IMG/VR virus record: IMGVR_UViG_3300029305_002455
Length of the DNA: 38,691 bases
Source: a virus
Reading direction: 5' to 3' (one strand)
Shown here: positions 26,861 through 33,110 of the stretch, piece after piece
Position numbering within the stretch: position 1 is the stretch's first letter
Layout: each line of letters starts with the position of its first letter
Notes under the pieces: model-generated
Told to the model about the DNA's origin: nothing
Databases searched by the model: none
The model's input: only the letters and a program-made list of their open reading frames with translations
Made by a program: the position numbers and the translations under genes

Positions 26861-26894
26861 TTGCACAAAAAACAACATAAATATGTAGTATAAT
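26861..26894 (+). promoter_or_regulatory. Promoter-like element P2: TTGCAC, 22-nt spacer, TATAAT
   Basis: Same TTTGCACA-AAAACA box as P1; TATAAT at 26889..26894. Confidence 0.4.
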
Positions 26895-26900
26895 AGTAAA

Positions 26901-26971
26901 GTAAGGTTATTGAATCTTACAAGCAATTCTCTTTTTTGTAAAGCCATAGTAAAATATGGCTTTATTTTTTT
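26901..26971 (+). ncRNA. Candidate about 70-nt sRNA (P2 to terminator)
   Basis: Lies between TATAAT (26889..26894) and a strong terminator; 5-bp hairpin GTAAG/CTTAC (26901..26920); no ORF. Confidence 0.4.
26940..26971 (+). terminator. Rho-independent terminator
   Basis: 9-bp stem AAAGCCATA/TATGGCTTT, 6-nt loop, then ATTTTTTT. Confidence 0.75.
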
Positions 26972-27002
26972 ATAGAGAATAGCAAAGAAAATGGAGGATT
27001 GT

Positions 27003-27593
27003 ATGGAAGAAAAAAGAATAGAAGTTGTAGAATTAAAAGTTTCAGAATTGAAAACCGATTTTGGAAACCCAAGAAAGATTAATAAAAAGAAGTTAGAAGA
27101 ATTGGAACAGTCATTAGATACCTATGGAGATTTTGGTCTTATATTAGTTGATGAAAACAATAATATTATTGCAGGAAATCAAAGAGTATCAGTATTAAAA
27201 AATAAAGATGAAGATACAAAGGTTTTATGCAAAAGATTAATTGGTTATACAGAAGCAGAATTAAGAGCAATAAACATAAAAGATAACACTCATAACGGAG
27301 AATGGGATCTAGATTTATTGGCAGACTGGACTGCAGATTTGAATTTAGATTTAGGAATAGATTTAGATAATACTAACCCAGAAGAAAAAAGCATTCCAGA
27401 TATGGAGTTAATACATTATGAAAAGTATGATTATGTAATGATAGTTTGTAGATATGAAACAGATTATAATGACCTAGTAAGAAAATTAGGTATTGAAGGT
27501 AAGAAAGTAAAGATATGCAAGACTAGAAAAATAAAAGCCAGAGCAATTTGGTATGAAGATATGAAAGCACAAATTATTGAAAAGGAGAATTAG
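27003..27593 (+). CDS. ParB/Srx-type N-terminal domain protein (no methylase or ParA partner)
   Basis: 196 aa from ATG 27003 (SD GGAGG 5 nt upstream); ...LKTDFGNPRKI... and ...IIAGNQRVSVL... correspond to ParB-NTD boxes. Confidence 0.6.
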   Translation: MEEKRIEVVELKVSELKTDFGNPRKINKKKLEELEQSLDTYGDFGLILVDENNNIIAGNQRVSVLKNKDEDTKVLCKRLIGYTEAELRAINIKDNTHNGEWDLDLLADWTADLNLDLGIDLDNTNPEEKSIPDMELIHYEKYDYVMIVCRYETDYNDLVRKLGIEGKKVKICKTRKIKARAIWYEDMKAQIIEKEN

Positions 27594-28262
27594 ATGAATT
27601 ATTTATTTGTAGTAGCACATCCAGATGATGAAGTATTAGGAGCAGGAGCAACAATTAATAAATTAATTAAAGAAGGAAATGAAGTAACAGTTTGCATATT
27701 AAGTGATAATTCCAAAACTAGATTTGATAATTTAAAAGATAAATTATATAAAAGTCATAAGATATTAGGAATAAAAAATACAATAATAGGTGATTTTAGA
27801 TGCTTGAACTTTAAAGATGAACCACATCAAGAAATGGTCCAATTTATAGAAGAATCAATAAGAATTAGCAAACCAGATATAGTGTTTACTCATACTCCAT
27901 CAGACATAAACCCAGACCACGAAGCAACTGCATTGTCTTGTATAGAAGCAGTAAGATTGCCACAAAGGTTGCTAGATTATAATAAGCCAATTAAGGAATT
28001 GTTATATATGGAAGTTAAATCATCTACTGATTGGCAGTTAAATAGAACAGTACAAGAGTTTTTACCTAACACATATAATGAAGTTAGTAAAGAAGATATG
28101 GAAAAGAAAATAGCAGCACTCAAAGTATATGATGGTGTAGTAAGGGATGATCCACATCCTAGAGCAGAAAATGTAATTAATGCACTAGCAGTAGTAAGAG
28201 GTAGCGAAAGTGGTTATAAATATGCAGAAGCATTCCAAAGTGTTTTTAAGTTAGGAGTTTAG
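27594..28262 (+). CDS. LmbE/PIG-L family de-N-acetylase
   Basis: 222 aa; VVAHPDDEVLGAG and HTPSDINPDHEA (zinc ligands of the PIG-L fold). Confidence 0.75.
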   Translation: MNYLFVVAHPDDEVLGAGATINKLIKEGNEVTVCILSDNSKTRFDNLKDKLYKSHKILGIKNTIIGDFRCLNFKDEPHQEMVQFIEESIRISKPDIVFTHTPSDINPDHEATALSCIEAVRLPQRLLDYNKPIKELLYMEVKSSTDWQLNRTVQEFLPNTYNEVSKEDMEKKIAALKVYDGVVRDDPHPRAENVINALAVVRGSESGYKYAEAFQSVFKLGV

Positions 28263-28265
28263 AAG

Positions 28266-28964
28266 ATGAAGATAGCAATACATCAGCCAGATTATATTCC
28301 TTGGTTAGGTTATTTTTATAAGATATACTTGTCAGATGTTTTTGTATTTTTAGATGATAGTCAGTTCCAGAAGAACTATTTGAATAATAGAAATAAGATA
28401 AAGACACCACAAGGATGGACCTATTTAACAATACCAGTTGAAAGAAAAGATGGACTTTCAACTAATATCAATGAAACTAGAACAATAGATGAAATGAACT
28501 GGAAAGAAAAGCATCTGAAAGCATTAGAAATGAATTATAAAAGATGCCCTTATTTTAATGAAATATTCCCAGAAATAAAGGAATTAATAGAAAAAGAATA
28601 TAATAATTTGGCAGAATTAAATGAAGCCTTAATTATTCATATAGCGACTAAATTTGGAATATTACCAAAGGTTGTAGTAGCATCATCAACATTAAATATT
28701 AAAAGCACTAAAGAAGAAAGAGTATTAGAAATATGCAAAAGATTTAATGCAGATGAATATTTATCTGGAAATGGTGCTAAAGATTATCAGAATGAAGAAG
28801 ATTTTATAAAAGAAGGCATAAAATTAACCTATATAAATTATAAGCCGATAAAGTATAGTCAAAGATTTGGCGAGTTTATAGAATGTATGTCAGTATTAGA
28901 TTATATATTTAATAAAGGTTATGATTTTGAATACATCATAGGAGAAATAGAAGGTACAGTATGA
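28266..28964 (+). CDS. WbqC-like family protein
   Basis: 232 aa; MKIAIHQPDYIPWLGYFYKI...FLDDSQFQK...NRNKIKTPQGWTYLTIPV is the family's N-terminal signature. Confidence 0.65.
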   Translation: MKIAIHQPDYIPWLGYFYKIYLSDVFVFLDDSQFQKNYLNNRNKIKTPQGWTYLTIPVERKDGLSTNINETRTIDEMNWKEKHLKALEMNYKRCPYFNEIFPEIKELIEKEYNNLAELNEALIIHIATKFGILPKVVVASSTLNIKSTKEERVLEICKRFNADEYLSGNGAKDYQNEEDFIKEGIKLTYINYKPIKYSQRFGEFIECMSVLDYIFNKGYDFEYIIGEIEGTV

Positions 28965-29674
28965 AAGAAGTTACATTAGGAATTTATGTTCAAAGTTATA
29001 AAAGAAGTGATAAGATATTAACTGCTAATCTTTTAGAAGATTGTACTTATGTAGTAAGAAAATCAGAAGAAGAAGATTATAAAAAGGCAGGAATAAAGAA
29101 AATATGGGCGATAGATGATGAATTAATAAATAATGCAATAAAAACATACTGGTATATCATAACAAATGCTCCAGAAGATATAGTTTTTGTAGCAGATGAT
29201 GATATAGAAGATTTAATGTATAGATTAGATGATACAACACCAATGAAGCAAGACAAAGAAACCATAATGGCAGAAATAGAAAGAGTTGCACAATTAATGG
29301 TTGATTTAAAGGTCGGTTATGCTTGTATAGATGCAACTGCTACTCCATATAACTATGATGGAGAATTTGCATTTAAAGGTACTTCTGGCTCAATTAAATG
29401 GGTATATAAAGAAGTATTCAAAGCAAAGATGGATGAAAGTGTACCATTTAACTATGATTTAGATTTAGTATTGCAGGAGTTACTATATAATAGAATCATC
29501 TTAAAACCTAGATATATAGTAGGTAAAGATTATCAAGATACTAATGCAGGAGGCGATAGTAGTAAGAAAAGGCAACAACAAATAGATAGTATATCTAATA
29601 TGCAGTTAAAATGGGGAAAGTATTTTGGTTATAACTTCAAAAGCAATAAACCAAAAATAAATGTAAAAAGATAG
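28961..29674 (+). CDS. Hypothetical enzyme-like protein with DxD-type acidic motif (possible GT-A-like transferase)
   Basis: 237 aa; 4-nt overlap with the WbqC-like gene; beta-alpha start (VTLGIYVQSYKRS...) and VFVADDDIED; the call is weak. Confidence 0.25.
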   Translation: MKEVTLGIYVQSYKRSDKILTANLLEDCTYVVRKSEEEDYKKAGIKKIWAIDDELINNAIKTYWYIITNAPEDIVFVADDDIEDLMYRLDDTTPMKQDKETIMAEIERVAQLMVDLKVGYACIDATATPYNYDGEFAFKGTSGSIKWVYKEVFKAKMDESVPFNYDLDLVLQELLYNRIILKPRYIVGKDYQDTNAGGDSSKKRQQQIDSISNMQLKWGKYFGYNFKSNKPKINVKR

Positions 29675-29722
29675 ATAATTAACATAAAGCAACAAAAAAT
29701 AACGAAAAACATTCAAAAATAT

Positions 29723-29751
29723 TTGACAAATGTTTCCAAAAAGTTTACGAT
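29723..29751 (+). promoter_or_regulatory. Promoter P_B: TTGACA, 17-nt spacer, TACGAT
   Basis: Consensus -35 with exact 17-nt spacer. Leader has a 9-bp hairpin TTGTAATAA/TTATTACAA (29756..29782) and SD AAAAGGAGAG. Confidence 0.6.
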
Positions 29752-29810
29752 ATCGTTGTAATAAAACAACAAATTATTACAAAAAGTTACAAGAAAAGGA
29801 GAGTTGTCAA

Positions 29811-30023
29811 ATGAGAAAATTATTTATTGAAGGTAGAAGAAATGGTTATGACCCAGAACAATGTGGAGGAACAATGACAGTAAGGGATCTGATAGATTTC
29901 TTAAAAGAATTTGATGAGGACACAGAAGTATATTTAAAAAATGACAATGGTTATACTTATGGGAACATAGACAGATGGAGTTTTGAAGAAGATGAAGAAG
30001 AAGGTGAAGATAATGAGTTTTAG
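29811..30023 (+). CDS. Small acidic protein (70 aa)
   Basis: ATG 29811 after SD AAAGGAGAG (the track start 29730 lies in the promoter); C-terminal EEDEEEGEDNEF. Confidence 0.5.
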   Translation: MRKLFIEGRRNGYDPEQCGGTMTVRDLIDFLKEFDEDTEVYLKNDNGYTYGNIDRWSFEEDEEEGEDNEF

Positions 30024-30231
30024 AGAAGAAAACAAATTATTAGAAGCCTTTGGATGCAAAGAAGCTAAATATGATTTTTTAGTAAATAACTATTGCATCA
30101 AATTTATCTATAATGACAAGAAGTTTATAGCAGAACATATCTTAAATATATATGGAGAAGCAGTAGACTTCTGGGAGTTAGAAGATAAAAGATTTGATAC
30201 ATTAGAAGAACTATTAAATTATATCAAGTAA
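30013..30231 (+). CDS. Small hypothetical protein (72 aa)
   Basis: ATG 30013 with SD AAGGTGA; overlaps the upstream gene by 11 nt. Confidence 0.45.
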   Translation: MSFREENKLLEAFGCKEAKYDFLVNNYCIKFIYNDKKFIAEHILNIYGEAVDFWELEDKRFDTLEELLNYIK

Positions 30232-30256
30232 GTGAAAGGGATCTGTTCCCTTTCCA

Positions 30257-30275
30257 ACTTGAATTTAATTCATAA
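30257..30275. promoter_or_regulatory. Operator site 4: ACTTGAATTTAATTCATAA
   Basis: Follows a hairpin (30234..30254). Extra half-site ACTTGAA 29 nt downstream (30286..30292), abutting the -35 of P_C. Confidence 0.55.
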
Positions 30276-30300
30276 AAATTAAAAAACTTGAAAATTAATC

Positions 30301-30329
30301 TTTACAAAGAAAGTTAAAAAGATTACGAT
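30301..30329 (+). promoter_or_regulatory. Promoter P_C: TTTACA, 17-nt spacer, TACGAT
   Basis: Same -10, same downstream (C)GCTTGTAATAAA box and same SD AAAAGGAGAGTTG as P_B. Confidence 0.6.
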
Positions 30330-30368
30330 ACGCTTGTAATAAATAATAAATAAAAGGAGAGTTGCTTT

Positions 30369-30776
30369 ATGGAAAGAAAAGAAATGAAAAGAGAAGCATT
30401 AGTAAGGATGCAAATGTTACATCTAAATGAGGATGCAATCAAAGATTTCCAAGAAAATGAAAAGGCTTGGAAGAGTGAAACTAATATGGGTATCTTATAT
30501 TGGTTGAATGAAGAAGAAGAAAAGATGGTAAAAGAATTTGAAGAAAGTACAGGAGGACTTGTTTATCATCTAATTCATAACAGATATGAAGAAATTGGTG
30601 AATGTTACTCAATATTCTATGTAAGTAAAGAAGAAAGCGAATGGGAACTTGATAGATATGATATCAATGATTTTTACCCATTTGTATATGTAAAGAACAT
30701 AGATGATGAATATTGTTCAGAATTTGGACACATAGGAATTAGACCAGTAAATAGTGGTTTAGTAAGGGAGTGTTAG
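30369..30776 (+). CDS. Hypothetical protein upstream of ArdA
   Basis: 135 aa; SD GGAGAG 8 nt upstream. Confidence 0.5.
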   Translation: MERKEMKREALVRMQMLHLNEDAIKDFQENEKAWKSETNMGILYWLNEEEEKMVKEFEESTGGLVYHLIHNRYEEIGECYSIFYVSKEESEWELDRYDINDFYPFVYVKNIDDEYCSEFGHIGIRPVNSGLVREC

Positions 30777-30778
30777 TT

Positions 30779-31309
30779 ATGGAACTATTAAATGTAGCAG
30801 TTACTAATTTAGGAAGATACAATGAAGGTTATTTAATCTTTGAATGGTTGAAGTTACCTGCAACAGAAGAAGAAATTCAAGAATGTTTCAAAAAGATAGG
30901 TTTAAATGAACAATATGAAGAATATTTCATTACAGATTATGAAAGTGATGTTGGATTGAAATGTAGTGAATATTCAAATCTAGAAGAATTGAATGAAATG
31001 GTCCAAGAATTAGAAGATGTAACTAAAGGAGATTATGACAAGTTAGAAGCAGTAATTGAAAGAGATTATATGGGAGATAACTTGCAACACATTATGGAAG
31101 TAATGGAAGATGATGATGTTTATTTCTATAAAGGTTATACTGCTGAAGAATATGAACAATATTATGTTAGAGAATGTTATGATTTAAGTTTTATGAAAAA
31201 TGGTTGGTTATCAAATTACATTACAATAGATTATGAAGCAATGGCAGAAGAAGATAATCAAATATATGAAACAGATAAAGGAGTATTAGTAGATAGAAAT
31301 TATTGTTAA
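30779..31309 (+). CDS. ardA: ArdA anti-restriction protein (DNA mimic)
   Basis: 176 aa from ATG 30779; ...VTNLGRYNEGYLIFEWLKLPATEEEI...IGLNEQYEEYFITDYESD... parallels Tn916 Orf18/ArdA; very acidic. Confidence 0.8.
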   Translation: MELLNVAVTNLGRYNEGYLIFEWLKLPATEEEIQECFKKIGLNEQYEEYFITDYESDVGLKCSEYSNLEELNEMVQELEDVTKGDYDKLEAVIERDYMGDNLQHIMEVMEDDDVYFYKGYTAEEYEQYYVRECYDLSFMKNGWLSNYITIDYEAMAEEDNQIYETDKGVLVDRNYC

Positions 31310-31329
31310 TAAAAAAGGAGAAATGCAAT

Positions 31330-32001
31330 ATGGCTTATGAATTAATAACCAAGAATGGACACAATATGTATGATATGGCATCAATGTTACAAAAAGCAAT
31401 AAGAAGAAATGATGTAGAAAGAGCAAGTTATGCAGGTTACCAATTATTTGGTAACTTCCATACTTACTTATGGAAACGATTGGTTGTAATATCAGCAGAA
31501 GATTGTTATGGAATAATAACAAAAGAAATAATAGCATTAAAGTTAGCAGATGATGAAGTAAACAAAGGAAAGAAAGGTTATAACAAAGACCCATTATTTG
31601 TAGCCAAAGCAATAGTTCTGTTATGTATGGCAAGAAAGAATAGGGATGCTTGTTATGTTGCTTGTAACTTTATGCTACCAGATAAAATACTAGATGAAGA
31701 TGAAATAGAACACATAGATATTTCAAAAGTAGAATTAAAAGGAGATATACCAGATTGGGTGTTTGATGTTCATACATTGAAAGGAAAGATAAATGGAAAG
31801 ACAGATTTAGATATGACAATATCAGAACAAAGAGCATTAACACCACATCAAGTAGGATTATTTGATGACGCAAGTTGGGAACCATACTATACAATGGCAA
31901 GAAGTCAAGGGAAATGTAATGACAGGGAATGGGCAAAATTCCAACAATTCAAACAAGGCAAAGAAGCCAATCCACAACAAGTAAACATAATAGAAGATTA
32001 A
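31330..32001 (+). CDS. Stand-alone MgsA/RarA C-terminal-domain-like protein (no AAA+ module)
   Basis: 223 aa from ATG 31330 (SD AAGGAG 9 nt upstream). ...MYDMASMLQKAIRRNDVERASYA..., ...KRLVVISAEDCYG..., ...AKAIVLLCMARKNRDACY... align with the MgsA_C motifs HYD-ISA-HKS-RGSD, RRL-I-ASEDIG, A-IYLA-APKSN. Confidence 0.55.
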   Translation: MAYELITKNGHNMYDMASMLQKAIRRNDVERASYAGYQLFGNFHTYLWKRLVVISAEDCYGIITKEIIALKLADDEVNKGKKGYNKDPLFVAKAIVLLCMARKNRDACYVACNFMLPDKILDEDEIEHIDISKVELKGDIPDWVFDVHTLKGKINGKTDLDMTISEQRALTPHQVGLFDDASWEPYYTMARSQGKCNDREWAKFQQFKQGKEANPQQVNIIED

Positions 32002-32025
32002 AGGACCTATAAGGTCCTTTTTTTA
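32001..32025 (+). terminator. Rho-independent terminator
   Basis: Stem AAGGACC/GGTCCTT, 5-nt loop, T7. Confidence 0.7.
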
Positions 32026-32043
32026 TGAAGGAGGTGATGTTCT

Positions 32044-32367
32044 ATTTCTGGTAATACTAATAATCTAAAGCCTGTTCAAAGCAAGGAAGAAGCAAGAATA
32101 AGGGGTAGGAATGGTGGAATTAAAAGTGGAGAAGTAAGAAGGCAGAAAAAATTAATGCGAGAAACTCTGGAAGAACTAATGAATTTACCATTAAAAGATG
32201 AAGATTTAGAAGATATTACATTTTTAGATGGTATAGGTAAGAAGAACATCACAGTTCAACAAGCCTTGTTAGTTAAGCAGATACAGAAAGCATTAAATGG
32301 AGAAAATGATAGTTTTAAAATTATAAAGGAAATTCTCAATGATAAAAATGAGATAAGGTTTAAATGA
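32044..32367 (+). CDS. Conserved phage protein with basic N-terminal GG-x-x-SGE-x-RR motif; probable non-canonical (ATT) start
   Basis: Frame is open from 32038. Conserved-looking N-terminus ...GNTNNLKPVQSKEEARIRGRNGGIKSGEVRRQKK lies upstream of the first ATG (32155). SD AAGGAGG (32028..32034) is 9 nt before ATT 32044. Confidence 0.4.
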   Translation: MSGNTNNLKPVQSKEEARIRGRNGGIKSGEVRRQKKLMRETLEELMNLPLKDEDLEDITFLDGIGKKNITVQQALLVKQIQKALNGENDSFKIIKEILNDKNEIRFK

Positions 32368-32744
32368 TGATGAAAAAAAGTTGTAAGTATTGTGGATTAA
32401 TACACGAAGTAGGAATAACTTGTTCCAGAAAACCAAAGAAGAATTATAAGTTAAAGTATAAAGAAAAAGATAAATTCAGAAGTTCATATATATGGCAACT
32501 GAAAAGGGAAGAAATAAAGAAAAGGGATCTGTATCTATGTAGAATATGTAGAGATAAAATAACCAATGGAGAAATAAAGTACAATTATGAAGATTTATCA
32601 GTTCATCATATTGTACCATTAGAAATTGATTATTCATTAAGATTAGAGAATGATAATTTAATTACATTATGCGATAGGCATCATAAAGAAGCAGAAGATG
32701 GAACTATTAAAGCCGATTATTTAAAAAGACTAATAACAAGATAA
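32364..32744 (+). CDS. HNH endonuclease (packaging-associated)
   Basis: 126 aa; CKYCG...C, ...LSVHHIVPL...NDNLITLCDRHH...; sits just before cos/TerS as in HK97-like cos phages. Confidence 0.8.
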   Translation: MMMKKSCKYCGLIHEVGITCSRKPKKNYKLKYKEKDKFRSSYIWQLKREEIKKRDLYLCRICRDKITNGEIKYNYEDLSVHHIVPLEIDYSLRLENDNLITLCDRHHKEAEDGTIKADYLKRLITR

Positions 32745-33110
32745 TATACGAGCCTGTATTACGAGATACGGAGGGCGTGTACGGAGAACGAGTATAATAC
32801 GAGAATATATATGCGATATATATGATTAACTCGGTGTACTCGATATATTACAAACCATAATAACAATAACAATAATAAAAAAATAATTTTAAAACCATAA
32901 AGCAAAGATAAAGGAAATGATATATAGATATGATAATAGAAATAATAATATTAATAATTTCATTTATAATATTAAACTTATTAATAATAATATCAAAACA
33001 TAAAGAAGAAATATGGGAAGAAATATACAAGATGTTGAAGTAGCATCCCCCCTACCCAAAAGATGAAAATGGTGTAGTTGATACCACACCCACACCAACA
33101 CTTCTTTATA
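32745..33110. other. Candidate cos / terminase-recognition region
   Basis: Three parts: a GC-enriched block with 6 direct (T/A)ACG(A/G)AG words (32747..32803) and inverted CTCG words (32829..32843); an extremely AT-rich tract of about 200 bp; and a C-rich block GCATCCCCCCTACCC...CCACACCCACACC (33044..33100). Confidence 0.45.

Noticed and set aside
26925-26937. 12-nt complementarity between the candidate sRNA (AATTCTCTTTTT) and the SD/start region of the SSB-like gene (AAAAAGAGAATT-ATG at 18792..18806).
   Set aside because: In a genome this AT-rich, a 12-nt A/T-dominated match to some position is expected by chance (my rough estimate is on the order of one). It is not evidence of targeting without experiments.
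27003-27593. ParB-like gene as part of a plasmid-type partition system (phage-plasmid lifestyle).
   Set aside because: There is no ParA/ParM ATPase and no palindromic parS-like array was recognised. The genome carries a serine integrase and an attP-like site, which indicates integration.
30234-30254. Hairpin GAAAGGGA-TCTGT-TCCCTTTC after the 30013..30231 gene, considered as an intrinsic terminator.
   Set aside because: No T-run follows. It may still pause or stabilise transcripts. It is noted mainly because it carries one of the WGGGATCTR copies and precedes operator site 4.
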